NCBI GenBank assembly: GCA_964234715.1
Contig: OZ174282.1
Length of the DNA: 64,000 nt
Origin: Podarcis melisellensis
Taxonomy: Eukaryota
Strand: one strand, 5' to 3'
Below, piece after piece: positions 1-13,800 of this stretch. The position numbers were made by a program, and so were the translations under genes. A model generated the notes under the pieces. The model had not been told where the DNA came from. It did not search any database and saw only the letters and a list, made by a program, of their open reading frames with translations. Numbering within the stretch: the first letter of the stretch is position 1; each line of letters starts with the position of its first letter.

Positions 1-127
1 CTCTGGGCACTTGGGAAAAGATCATGGCTTGTGGTGTGTGTATATTCACCTCACTCTTGACTCTGCTTAATAGTTTTGTGGTGGGGGCTGGCCTGCTTCT
101 AAAGACAATTTGAGAAGAGGACATGGC

Positions 128-166
<39 letters not shown>

Positions 167-1086
167 GCAGGTGTTTGACAACCAGCCTCTCCCAGCCTGA
201 TAGCCTCCACATGGGATAATAGGAGTTGTGGTCCAAAACCAATCACCCTAAGAAGCAAAGCCTCTCCAACTCTGCAAAAGAAGCAGCTGCCCAAACTGCG
301 CCAAGAAACACAGAAGAGTACGCATTGCTTGCACATTGACATTCACCAGCTGGAAGTGGTGGCTTGAAGGAGCCTTCACAGGTCAAATCTCCCCCCTCCC
401 CCGCCGCCTTTAAAAAGAAGGTCTTCTCGTCTGCCTCCAGCCTAGGAAATGCATTCATAACCTGCCGTTCCTCTGTCCGAATTCCCCAGCTTGAACTCTG
501 CTCCCAAGGCTGAGAATCTTGGTACACCTCAGATCAGAAACCATTATCAGCATCACAACCTTAATGGGCACATTAGTGGTTACCGTTTTTAATGCTCTGG
601 GGTATATTTTGCAATGACTCTCTTTCAGGTCAGTGTCCTGTGATGTCCAGGAAACCCTTTTTATTAATATAGACACACAGGAAGTGGAATTTCAGAATTG
701 GACAAGTGTATGAAGGGGGTGGTGATGTATAAGTGCTGGGGGGGGGGGGTTCCTCCCATTTCCAGCCCCGGTTACTCACAGCCTGACTCATCCTGGCTGC
801 CACGTGCTCCTTCCCTTCAAGCAGGAGCCGATCATCGCAGTACCTGAGTGGAAACTCTCTCAATGCCCCCTTTGTTCCCCTCTGCATCCTCTTTCCCTCC
901 CCCTTCCTTTCCCACCATCCGATTCTGACACTGTTCATTCATAATTGAGGCCGCTGTAACCTTAGCCAGGCTAACCTCCTTCCTTCCATTGTTGTCAGGG
1001 CCCCTGACGGAGCGAGAGGAAGGCATCGCAGCAGGAGCCTCCTCGGAAGGCAGCGGGAGAAGCGGGAGCCTTGCGTCCTGGTCAGC

Positions 1087-1204
1087 ATGGCCGCCAGCCC
1101 AGCCCTGGGCATGTGTTTCCTGGCCTCTGTAGTTCTGAGTGTGGGCGCCTCCTCGGTTAGCAACTGGTGGAACCTGGTGCCCCGGAAAACAGTCCCCTAC
1201 AAAG
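1087..1204 (+). CDS. SEMA4C: SEMA4C coding exon 1 (signal peptide; exon probably starts at 999, giving 88 nt of 5' UTR)
   Basis: Kozak agcATGg; [39 protein letters not shown]; donor G|gtgagt at 1205; upstream branch point ctaac at 971, pyrimidine tract and ag at 997-998. Confidence 0.93.
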
Positions 1205-1799
1205 GTGAGTCGAGTGCGCCTTTTTTGGCCCAACCTGTATGCCAGGGTGAAAATGGAAGCTCAGTAGATGTCCACTGTGTGCTTGCATATCCACAACAGA
1301 GACCTCGATAACATCTCCCTTAAGTGGGCAGTGAGGTTACAGGCTTTCCTCTTCCTTTCTGTTCTATTTTAAATGCATATTGGTGGCTTTATAGAAATCA
1401 CGAATGCATAGTGTTTATTTTAAAAAAGCAGCCGCTGCCCCCGAAAAGCAGAGGGCCTTCTTGGTAGTGGCGCCCACCCTGTGGAGTGCCCTCCCATCAG
1501 ATGTCAAGGAAATAAACAACTACAGTAGTATCTCGGGTTAAGAACTTAATTTGTTCTGGAGTTCTGTTCTTAACCTAAAACTTTTCTTAATCTGAGGTAC
1601 CACTTTAGCTAATGGTGCCTCCCGCTGCCGCTACGCGATTTCTGTTCTCATCCTGAAGCAAAGTTCTTAACCCGAGGTACTCTTTCTGGGTTAGTGGAGT
1701 CTGTAACCTGAAGCGTCTATAACCCAAGGTACCACTGTATCTGACTTTTAGTGGACATCTGAAGGTTTAGGGAAGTTTTAAATGTTTGATGTTTTATTG

Positions 1800-1852
<53 letters not shown>

Positions 1853-4800
1853 TGTTGGAGCCGCCCAGAGTGGGTTGAGAAACTCAGTCAGGTGGACAGG
1901 GTATAAATAATAAATTAATAATAATAAATAATAAATAAAGAGTAATATTTTAAAACGAGGTTGTAATGGTGACCAGACTGAAGAAGTGACTGTAACAGAT
2001 GCTAAAGCTACAATGCAAAAGTGTCCAGTAGTTTTCTCTAAAGCACATTTTAACTTTACAGATCTATTACTCTGGCCTAAAGTCTTACCCACTCTTTGGA
2101 AGACTCCAGATAAGACTTTTTCATGTCTGAAACCCTTTGTGAACTGGAAATGCACCTCTTTCTCCATTAAAAGGGTGGGCTGGCAGTGTTAATGACATGT
2201 TCCCTCCCTTCCCCCACCCACTCTTTGAGCCGAATGCCTTGCCTCTTCCTTGCCCTGAGCCTAGTTTCAGAGGAGATGGAGGCCGGTGCCTCTGGCATGA
2301 CCCAGGTGTCTGGTCTGCTTGGATTCTTCTCTTCTTTTCTCCTCCGAGCTTTTCCTTCAGCAAACTGCCTGGGATGGGCTGAGGGCTAGCCAGGACTTCA
2401 AAGGCAAACAGGCAGAGCAAAGGAACCCAGAGACAGAAAGCGGGTGTAAAGCACAGCCAGGCTTCACGGAGACCTGATTTTTATCTATTTAGGACTCCAT
2501 GCAGCTAACACATCCCACCAGTGCAAAGATTTCCCCACCCACCCCTGCACCCTCCCCAGGTCTGCTCTGGAGGGTTGGGGGGACCCCAGAACGGGTTGAG
2601 GGGGCACACGGGGGAGCAGGGTTTGTGTGTGTTTCTGTTGTGCAAGTGGAAATCCTTGTGGTGGCAGGATGCTTAACTCAGTGTTTCCCAACCGGTGTTC
2701 CGCGGCACACTACTGTGCCGTCAGACATTGGCTGGTGTGCCGTGGGAGGGAGGCGGGCGAGTCGGGCGGTGAGAGGCGGCGGCGGCGAGGATCCGCGTCG
2801 AGCCGGGGGCGGCTCCGCGGTGGTGGTGCCGAGCGGCGGGGCAGCGCGTGCAAAAGGGAGGAGCGCGAGACAGCGGAGGAGGAGGAGGCCGGCATGTCCG
2901 GGCAGCAGCAGCAACAACAGCAGCAGCAACTCCCGGCGACGGCTCCTCAAGCCCCGCCGCCGCCCCCTCCTCCGCCCGCTATCGCCGCCACCACCACAAC
3001 AGCCGCCGCCGCCTCAGTTGCCGCCGTCCCTCAGTCCCTCGCTCTGCTGCCTCCTCCCACCCCCAAAGCTTGGAGGTTCCCCGGCAAGGGGGAGGGAAAA
3101 AACTTTCACTTTCGTGCGTCCCTCCCGGCGTGACGCTGTGCGCTGACGTCACGGGGCGGGGCTTTAATGGTGGTGTGCCGTGAGATTTTTTTTCAGTAAA
3201 CAGGTGTGCCGTTGCCCAAAAAAGTTTGGGAAACACTGGCTTAACTCCACACTTCTTTTGGAAACAAACCATCATTTCTGTGCTACCCCTGTAACTAAGA
3301 ATTAGGAACAGAGAAGACAACTTTGAAAAGCCAGTGTAAATATGTGAGCAGCCCACAGATTAAGACGTAAAGAGTTATAGAAAAGCTCCAGGCAAATGTG
3401 GGTGGTGCTGTAGAAAGGGGCCTTGGAGGGAGAAAAGGTCTTCACTCTGTGCCTAAAAATACCACATTTGATCCCCAGGTGAGCTGCTCTGGAGAGGGCG
3501 TTCCCTGAATGGGGCACCAAGACATCTCTGTCCCTGGCACCTGCCCTGAGGCTGCCCCCCAGCCCCCTCCTCCTCCCACTTCTTTTTAGGGTGAAGCCAA
3601 AGAAGGGAGGGCAGCGCCTTGGGTGATCTGGGCTCCAAGGCAGGCAGGGACTCGGCAGAAGTTCTCAAGGGCTGTTGGTTAAGGGACTTTTGCCTCTAAG
3701 GCTTTTGACCCCCGTGGTATTTCCTTCTAACTTCAGACTGTGGCTGGGTAAGCGGTTGCTTCATGAAGCTGCAGCCCAGATGGTGGAATCAGACCTGGGA
3801 CTGAATTTGAGTCCTGGCTCTGCCTTAGTTTACTTGTTAAGGACCATTCCTATACCATTTAATATATTAAAAAATCTCTACGACAATTAAAAACACGGTA
3901 AAACTATTAGTACAAACTACTAAAACAATTAGAGTTACTACCAAAGAGGGTTAAAGGGGAACACAAATGAGATAAAGCATTGTAATATACTCAGGAGGAA
4001 GTGTCAGTGGCTTTACAAAAGCAACACTTAATCTAGTTTTTACTGTTTTGAAAACTGGAACTTTATGCACCGCCCTGCCAACAGGAATCTTTCACCTCTA
4101 AGCTTCTAGTCCTGATGGCTGAGGTGGGGATACGTTTGAAAAAGTGGCTGGAGCAGATGCTAAAGCTACAGTGCAAAAGAGTCAAGGGTTTTTTTGTTTT
4201 TGTTTTGTCTTTCTTGAATGCAGTTTGGGCCTTGAATGGGAACCGTATGGGGTGGATGAAAGCAAGGACTGTGGAGCAGGGTGACCTGGCAGAGTCACCT
4301 GGCTGGTTGGTGTGGTTACCCAGCCTTTCATTAGATAGAGCTGCTCCTGCCCCTCCCTTGCAGCACATGTGGGGAGGAGGAGATGCCTAGAGTTTCCACC
4401 CAGCCAGAATTGTACAGGCCTGACCAGAATTCTGTCCTTTGGGCCATTTGCCAGAACCAGGAGAAGGCAAATGCCTGCCAAGCCAATGCTTGCTGTTATT
4501 GTGCTCTAATCGTCACAGGGCCCTCCCATGCGCCAAAGGGATTGGGGGGGCTGTGCTTGTTGGGTGTTGTGCATGCACAGTGTGCTGCCCCGTGGGGGGA
4601 TGGGGGACTCTGCCCCAGAGCAAGAGGAACACGGAAGCAACTGCTGCATTTTGCAAGGTGTGCGTTGTAGTCTGTTTCAGAAGGCTGTGCTTATATGTTG
4701 GCAGGTCCCACTCCTGAAGGCTTGAGGCTCCTGCATGATCTGGAACCTTGCCCTGCGGGATGCAGTACAATTGCCTCTCAAGGGGGGGGTTTGCTTCCAA

Positions 4801-7800
4801 GAATTCTGCATGTGCCCAAACCCTTGGAGCTGCTTCCATGTGAGCAGCCCACAGCTTCCCTCCACTCTCACACAAGCAAGGCAGAGAGTTTTCCCAGCAC
4901 AAAAGAACTTTTAAGCCCCCTGCCTTGCTTGGCGAGTGCTGGCCCCAGAGGCCCTGAGATGCTCTCATGAGATCTGGTGGGGCTGTCTGAATTCCCATGA
5001 GAGCTGGTGGGAGCATCCCAGACCTTTCTTCCCAAGGAAAAGCTGGTGCAAAAAGAGCTTTGAAGCTCTCTGCCTTGCTTGCATTTCAGCCAGTGGCCTT
5101 CAACCACGTATAGTTGAAATCGTGCAAGTTAAATGCGTGTAAGATGCAATGGTACTGTATAAATGTAATGAGTAAATAAAAAAAATGTAATACAGTTGTT
5201 GGGTTGCATTGTAGCTGATGTGCATAGGTTCCCTGTCAGATGTCTGTGTTCAACCCACTGCCTGTATATGTGTATGTACCTGCTGGTGCATTTCTATTTA
5301 TATATTTCCAGCATCTTCCGAAGGGCAGCATGTGTTGCATTTTCCAGCTGCCATGTGGGTACACCAGCCAGCCCAAAGTACACCTGGGCCTTCTTAGTGA
5401 CAAACGTGAAGCATCGTCTGTTAGCGGCTCCAGGCATCTTGTGAAGATGCCTCTTTTTGCTCAGGCTTTCCCTGACTCGTGAGATTGGACTCCAGGGCTG
5501 TGCAGCCCTTCCCCAGCCATCAGGAACATGCCTTATGCAACTTCAAATGAGTGGTCGACCCAGCACAGTATTGCTTGCACAGACTGGCAGCAGCTCCCCA
5601 GGGTTTCAGACCAGAGCCCTCCCAGGAGAGTGAGGATTGAACCTTGAACCTTCTGCATGTGATGCAGGTGCTCTGAGTTACACCCCATCCTTTCTTTGGA
5701 AGGAAGCGAGGAGGCTCTCTGATTCCTGGCCATTTGGAAGTTCCTTCTTATTCAGGCACACAGGCAGGGCCTCCATTGCATCTCTTGCACTATAACATGT
5801 TAAGTCACTTTAGGGCGTCCCAGAGTGGCTCTTTGGCTGCTGGTTCTCTAGTGGGGCTCACAACTATTCTGCAAAGTTCCTTGCTGTTGGTGACTTCTGT
5901 TAGCACCAAATCTTCCAAGGCAGCCTTAGCAACTCTCCAGGTGCTTGTAAATCAAATCAAATCTTTATTATTATGGTCAATGACCAGCATTGAACTATAT
6001 CTATTAAACTACAACTCCCATCGGCCCCAGCTAGCACAGCCATATATGACACACGGGCTGCTGGGGTTTTTAGTCCACAGCACCTGGAGATAACCAGGTT
6101 GCCACAAGCACAGGGCCAGGTCAGGCTGCACTGGGAGTCCAAAGCCTCTTCTTTGTCCCTGGCTCAGAATGGAGACTTCTCCAAGAAGCCCGTCCCTTGA
6201 TCCAACTGTTGACAAGGAGGAAACCTTAAAAACCACAAGGAGTGCTGTGATCCGGTGGAACTTTGCATGTGGGTTTGACTGAGGCTCGCAAGCAAGCTGT
6301 TAATTAATCTGGGGAGTTGGGGCAAGCAAACACTGTTAATTAAATGCAAAATAGGGAGGAGTTAGGCCAGCAAGAGGCAGAAGCAGCTTGAATTGGAAAT
6401 CCAGTTGGATGCTCATTTTTAAGAAGAACCCAGACTTGGAGAAGTCAGCTGATTTTGCCACTGGTGCCACTTCAGAGAGGGTCAGACTGAAACACTCATG
6501 GCTTAGGCCCCTTTGTGCACAACTGCAGTGCTGTGGGACCCTCTTTTTTGTGGCATGATCCCACATGGCTGTGGATGGCATCTGAAGGACCCATCCATGT
6601 GGCTGGGGCCCCATGTGTGTCTGTTTCCCTTGCCAGGGGTGCAGAGGGACAACTTGTGTAGGAAACACAGGAAGCTGCCTGTGTCAGACCGTTGGTCCCT
6701 CTAGCTCAGTATTGCCTACACTGACTGGCAACAGCCCTCCAGAGTCTCAGACGGGAGGCTCTCCCAGCCCGACCTGAAGACATTGGGGAGTGAACTTTCA
6801 TGCAAAGCAGACGCTCTGCTGCAGAGCTGTGTCCCTGTGGCTTGCACAAAGGGTGGTGTGTCAACCACCTAAGGCAGAGGTTTTCAACCTTTTTAGGTCC
6901 ACAGCTCCCTTGACCAACTATGTTCTTTCTGCGGCACCCAGTGGGGCTCAGGAGCCCAGTTGCAGAGCCAGCAGCCCCTCGCCCCTTTTCAAACACCCTC
7001 CCTTGTGGAGGGTTCCCTCAGCCTCCTCTCTTCTCCCCCCCTCCTTGAGAGTCTTCTGGGCAGCCGCAGCTGCTGCCCCAGGTCCCTGAACTGCCCCCCC
7101 CCGCCCCAAAGAGAGGTGCCTCCTCACACTGCCCTAGAAGCATCTTTCGCCTGGGGAGCTTGTAGCCAGGGCTGCTGCAACAAACAGCTGTGCAAGCCTT
7201 TGGGAGGCAGAGACATGAGAGAGGGCATCAGAGGAGGGAGGGAAGGAAAGAGGGACAGAGGCCAGTGTTGCCCTGGCACCCCTGACCACCATTCAAGACA
7301 CCCCAGGGGGCCACGGTGCACAGGTTGAAGACCACTGACCTAAGTAAATAAATGAATTGAATTCTGCCTCACCTCCAGTAGAAATCAAGGGTTCTACTTG
7401 AGTCCATACAGTTTCCAGACACCCTGTATTCCTAGTACCGACTCCTGTAGCTTCAGCAAGGTTGTAGCCTCATGGGCCTTCAGGCCATCATGCCTGGTTC
7501 TGTGGGTTTTTTGTGGGGGTTTTCCCCGTCCCCCCCCCCAGTGCTGTCATTCATTCGGATTGTGTGACCTGCACTGATCCTGCTTGATGGATCAGCAGAG
7601 TCTGTTTGGCTGGCAGATGGAAGCTGTGAATGGCTGTCAGAAAGTGCCCTGTGGGCCCCGTCAATCAGTGTTTGCACCAAGGCTGGAAGAAGCAGCTCAG
7701 GATACACCCCATTTAAGATGATATTCAGTGCCATGCCGCCTTTGCAAACCAAATTTATGCTCTTCAAAGTTCACTTTTCGGGGGGTTTAACTTGGGGTGA

Positions 7801-10769
7801 AGGTACTTTTTTTGTCCACATTCCTTCATGGGCAACCTTCCAAGGACCACTTGCCAACGGCAGAGAGAGTCTGAGGAAAAAGGGGGTGAATGAGACTCTG
7901 GCTTTGTGTACTGGGGTTTTTGTGTCAACCAGGCTGAAGCCGGAGGTTTGTACCCACAGACACATCCCTCCATTCAGGCAAGCAAGAGTGCCTATTTTAA
8001 CTCCTTTGATGTCCTTGCCTCCAGATGAAATGAAACCCAATGTGCACAATTGCACTGGCTCACACCCATCCCTTGTCCCCCTGGCTGCTCTCTTTCCGTT
8101 GCTCTGCCCCACTTGGCGAAATTTAGACTGCAATACCTTGCTCAGGAGCCTCTCTTTTGTTTTTGCTTATCTTACTCTGTAAAGCATTGTCAGTATAGAT
8201 GTCGAGGCATCATCATCATCAATAATAGTAATAAATAATGAACAAGAACCATAATGCTAACCTATTAAAGAAACTCCTTTGAGGCAAGAAGACCCGAAAG
8301 CGCAGGGAGAAGAATGCAAAAGGGCAGCTCACCACTTGCCTTCCTCCTACCATCTTTTCCAAAGATGATTTTCTGCTCAAACAGCAAACAGTAAAGGAGC
8401 ATGTGCTTCCCAGATCAGCTTTTAGACCGTTTTGTTTCCCCCACTTCTTTTCCTTATGGGGGGGGGGGGAGATGTGGTCTAAAATTCACTGATGACCCCA
8501 AGTTAAGAGGCGCTGGCAGAGATGAGGATTGGAAGACGACCAAAGGGTGATACTGAGTGACCTCATAGGCTGGAGCAACGGAAGCTGGGAGGAAATTAAT
8601 AGGGCCTTGTGTGAGGTGATGCACTCGTGGGCCGGTGGTGGGCTCTTGATCTGCTGCGGACTCGTCATCCAGAACTGACAGCGTAGGGAGAAGGACTTGG
8701 CAGGGGAACAGTGGTGGAGGAGGGGACTAAATTGCTTGATGACTCTCCTCTGAAGTGATGGGGCTGTAGTGCTGGCCAGTTCTGGAAGGTATTGAGATAA
8801 TAAATAGCAGAAGCAGGACTGGGCTGTGACGGTTCATCCGCCTGAGCAGTTGACTGTGTGCTTGGACAGGAACTTTTCTGACAGCGCTGAGGATGCTAAG
8901 GGTCTAGCCTCAGGCCATCTGTATGTTCCTTTCCCAGCAGGGTTTTTTTTGGGGGGGGGGCTTTTCCATTCTGCACGGTTTCGTTGGTGCCTCTAAAATA
9001 TTTCCTCCCCCAGCTAATGACTATAAAGCTTCATATGCCTTGTTGAGTTGGACCAGGATTAACTGAGAGCTGGTAGGTGTGTTATTGAGAACTGAGCGCA
9101 GGCACACCATGGGGTAGTTCTGTTTCCTCTCTCCTTTCTTTCGCTATAATATGCCACGGGCTCCAGAGGTCACTGTGGGCCAGACCTAGGCAAGGGCATA
9201 AGCCCTTCCTCCTCTATTCATGCCCCTGCCCTATCTTCAGCCATTGCTCTTCTTCAGAGAAATGGTTATGCAATAATATCTGTGTCACTGAGTAGTATAT
9301 ACAGAGCTCCTTTATCTTCCCCCCAAACTGCATGCTGCTGAACATTAGCAGATTCAGGTCCGACATAAGAAAAATACTTCTTGACATAGCACATAGTTAA
9401 ATTATGGAATTTGCTCTCAGAAGAAGTAGCGCTGGCCACCTCCTTGGATGGCTTTAAGAGAGGATTAGACCCATTAATGGAGGAAAAGGCTGCCAGTAGC
9501 TACCAGCCACGATGACTGTGCCCTATGAGAGGCAGTGTACCTCAAAATGCCAGAGGGCTGTGACACTCAAGTCCTGCCTGTGGCTCCCCAGGGAGGCGCC
9601 TGCTTGGCCACAGTGAGACCAGGATGCTGACCCGATTGGCACAGCCTCTTCTGAAGTTCTTAACTGCAGCCTGTCCCAGGTACTGCTCATATCACAGTAA
9701 AATTAGGAAAGGAAGACCCATTTGGGAAGGTTAGTAAAACACGACAGAAGAGCCTTTTAAGAGCAGTCCTTTGGTTGCATACAACAGCTTGCTTGATTTG
9801 ATCCAGGAATCAAGATATATGGGTTTAAAAAACTGAACTCACTTTTAGAGCAATATATTCTATATGAAGAACATACAGAAGATAGATCTGGATCCAGATC
9901 TCTGGGTGACTTGTGGTAGGTTGGCAAGATTTCTAATGGTATAAGCAGCAACAAAGTGGCCCCTCCCCTAAATTATACTGTTTAAATGGTGAGAGCTGGG
10001 TGTTGGGGGGGGCAGTGACCAGGGGTGGATTTTGTGTGTGGAAGGACTCTGAACACCCAGTTCTGATGCTCAAAATCAAGTCCCTGGGCTCAGAATTATT
10101 TAATTCTAAGTGCATGTCTTTTGCACCAGACTCCAGATCCTGCACATCATTAAGCCTGCCCATCCCAGTTGTGGATATGAAACATTAATGGCCATATGGA
10201 CAAGACCATTGCTGGGATCTTAGCCTTAAAGAAAAGCTGTGGCATCTTGATGTTTAACACCTGGAAAGGTCAAGCCTGAGAAGCTGCACTTATAAACACA
10301 CAGGGTGGTCTTGTCTTATTTCACTGCAGTTTTGCGCTCCAGTCCATCAGGAAATGGTAGAAATCACAGCCTTTTTGTTAAAACATTAAGCAATGTTGAT
10401 GGTGTTGCTGCTGCTCACTTTCATAAATAAAAAAAATCCAAACTATGTTGCCTGCTGCAAAGATGCTTATTGTGCAACATCAGAAGTCTCTTCTGACCAT
10501 TGAGACAGATTGGATTAATAAACAACGGGATGTTTTGATAATGGCTAGGTTGATGCAACAGATCTAAACTAAATATGGAAGCCTGGGGGTGGGAGTTTAT
10601 GGCAGATTTGGGCCCCAGGATCAGGGAACACTTGCAGACTTAATTGCATATCTGCAAGATGACCCCCTCCAGCCCCTCAGGATTCAACCAACTTATTTTT
10701 CTTCTGGATGGGTAGACCATTTCATTTCAGAAGTGGAAGGTGCTTTTAAAATAATAATACTGTAATAAT

Positions 10770-10811
<42 letters not shown>

Positions 10812-13800
10812 TTCTTCAACAAAAAAAACCACCTAGTGCAGCCATGTACAAAGTCCATTTTGGGGGCCTAATTTGGCCCTCTGGTCGATTTAATCCGGCC
10901 CCTGTGGCAGTTTATTTCCTGCAGCAAAATCCCCCCCCCAAGCCCTATAATCCTAAACCTGAAAAAAAGCTCAACAACTGGCCCTCACTCATCAAATCCG
11001 GCCCTCTCTGAAAAACGTTTGGCCACCCCTGACCTAGCGCTTTGGAGAGAGAGCTTCTAGCTCAGCTTGACCTCATCTGTGCTAGTTTTTGCATAGACCT
11101 GTTTTATTTCCCCTTGCTTGCACTTTTTCTCCTCCTTGGGGACTCTGCCCTATCATTCGGCAACACTCACCTGAATATTCCTACCCTACCAGGTTAGAAC
11201 TTAACAATTTAATATTTTGATTAAGCCTGTGTGTGAAATAATATGTAAAATGGGGAGGTGAGAGGTGAATTGCGATTCCCAATGAGAGCCAGGGTGGAGT
11301 AGAGGTTAGAGTGTCAGGCGAGGACTTGGGAGACCAGGGTTCGAATCTCCACTCGTTCCTGTAGATCACTGGTTGGCCTTCAGCCCGTCTCTCTGCCCCT
11401 CAACCTATCCTACCTAACAGGGCAGTTGTGGGGATTAACTGAGGAGGGGAAGAGCCATGGGTGACACCTCAAGTTCCTTGGAGAACATAAATAACATAAA
11501 TATTTATATTTATCTCTTCTTTTATTGTTGCATTACATAAAAATGTATAGTAATTATAGTGGCCACTGCGCTTAAGTGGGAAGCAGTTCTGGAAGGCTGA
11601 ACCCCCATTTTTTGCAGTCTCACCCCCCCCCTCACTACTGCAGTCACCCAACCCTCCGAAGAGCTGCTCCTGGAGCCTGAGTGAAGCCTCTGCAACAGTA
11701 AACAATGGGATGGGGAAGGAGTGGAAACTGGGTGCTTCTTCCTGTGAGTGCAAAACCACAATTGGCTATGACCCATGGTAGTTTCCTTTGAAAAGAAAGA
11801 AGGCGTGTGAATAGCAAAGGTGGGGGGGCTGCTGCTGCCTCCCCACTTTCTGTGCTGAAGTAGGAATCTGTCCTCATAGCTGATCCAGTCTGGCCTGGAG
11901 TTTTTCCTCTGCTCCTTCCAAAAAGCTCTTGCTCATCCTTGCGCTCTGGAGCCCAGGCTGCCTCAAAGGGGTGCAGAGTGTTTGGGCATCCTTGCTGCCC
12001 ACCTCTCACCAAGAGGCACCTGGCTGGCCATGTGAGAGCCATTGAGATGGGCCTTGGACCGGATTCTGCAGGGCTCTTCCTAGGTTCTTCTTATTGGAAA
12101 TGGGCCTGCCCTTCTTGGACTTCTGGATTTGTTGTTGTCTGAAGATTACAGTCCTACCTTTACTTCTCAAACGTTTTGGCTCCCAAACGACCGAAACCCG
12201 GAAGTGACTATTCTGGTTTTCGAACGTTCTTTGGGGGGCTTCTGCGGCTTCCAATTTGCTGCAGAAGCTTCCTGCAGCCAATTAGAAGCTGTGCTTTGAT
12301 TTTTGAACGCTTTGGAAGTCGAACGGACTTCCGGAACGGATTCTGTTCAACTTCCAAGGTATGACCGTATATTAGTGTGGGGAGGGGGGTGTTATTATAT
12401 TTTATGCATTAGGTTTGTTATATTATACTCTGCTCCACAGGGATTAAATTTAATGAAGAGTGAGCTAGAAGTTCATAGAATAAAAATAAATTATTTAAAT
12501 CAGGACTAACTCTCATTTGCTTGTGAGTAAGAGCTCCCCAGTGAAATATAGTGTTACTCTACTTCCAAATAAATAGTCGTAGGATCAGGCTCTCAAAGGA
12601 TTGAAGCTGTCATGGTCCTGGGGAGAGGAAGCGGAGCCTTCTTGTTTGAAGCATTGCCTTGTCTGTTGAATTAGGACTGTGCCACTGGACCTTATTTTCT
12701 CTCAAGGCTTTGGTGCTCTGTTTGTGAGACGAAAGATGGAAGTTACTTTGCTTTGCTTTCGCCCCTGCCTGAGTGGTGGAGAATGACTCCTGTTTCAGAT
12801 ACAAGGGCATATAATTCTATTTTATTCACTCGATTTGCATCTTACATGCTGTGTGTTGAGTGTGGCAACTGCTTCTGTGACAAGGATTTGAAACTTCTTA
12901 ATGTGATGTCTGCACCGTCCCATTCACACATGCAGGTCATCAAGTGGTGAATGTGCATGTGTGAACCAGGCTTGAGGCAGGTCTTAATTGCATGCTGAAG
13001 TGGCTAATGGAGCTCTACAACTGAAGGCTGGAAATAATTCCCCCCTGTCCTCTTGTCAGATGGATTTGTGATATCTATACACTTAAACACTTTTTGCTCT
13101 CTGCTTGTAGAGCTGATCTGACTAGCTGAGAGTTCAAATGGGAAAGTCGCTGGTTCACCATAACCCATGAACTCAAGGCCTTAAGTAAATTCACATCTTA
13201 AATCTTCAGTCTTTCCCCTCCCATCTGTAGTATGACAGTAAAGGTAAAGGTAAAGGGACCCCTGACCATTAGGTCGTGACCGACTCTGGGGTTGCGGCGC
13301 TCATCTCGCTTTATTGGCTGAGGGAGCCGGCATACAGCTTCCGGGTCATGTGGCCAGCATGACTAAACCGCTTCTGGCGAATCAGAGCAGCACACGGAAA
13401 TGCCGTTTACCTTCCCGCCAGAGCGGTACCTATTTATCTACTTGCACTTGACGTGCTTTCAAACTGCTAGGTTGGCAGGAGCAGGGACTGAGCAATGGGA
13501 GCTCACCCCGTTGCAGGGATTTGAACCACAAACCTTCCAAACGGCAAGCCCTAGGCTCTGTGGTTTAACCCACAGCGCCACCCGCGTCCCAAGTATGACA
13601 GTATGAGTATACAAATACTGGTTTTATTTGCATTTTAATGAACAATCGAAAGCACTAAATGTTTCTTATTATGTTTTTAAAGAATCCCACTGCAGAGTCT
13701 TAGAGATGAGGCTCCATGCCATAGGCTGCTTCAGGGTTCCCCAGCCTACTGGAAGTGATACTCACAACACCTTTCAAGCAAAATACCTGATGTCTGCACC

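Larger units (their letters stand above)
1445..1935 (+). mobile_element. L2-type LINE 3' end, interrupted by a MITE and an (ATT)n microsatellite
   Basis: gagggccttc...ccaccctgtggagtgccctccca...agccgcccagagtg...gggtataaataataaa tail; similar to the 3' end of the L2 copy at 24-25 kb. Confidence 0.65.

Noticed and set aside
2499-3183. Overlapping long GC-rich ORFs, or a CpG island serving as the SEMA4C promoter
   Set aside because: The island lies downstream of the signal-peptide exon and entirely within a TIR/TSD-bounded element. The long ORFs reflect stop-poor GC content. Reported instead as transposon cargo.
9884-9901. Perfect 18-bp palindrome AGATCTGGATCCAGATCT
   Set aside because: About 0.24 such palindromes are expected by chance in 64 kb (64000/4^9), and there is no supporting context.
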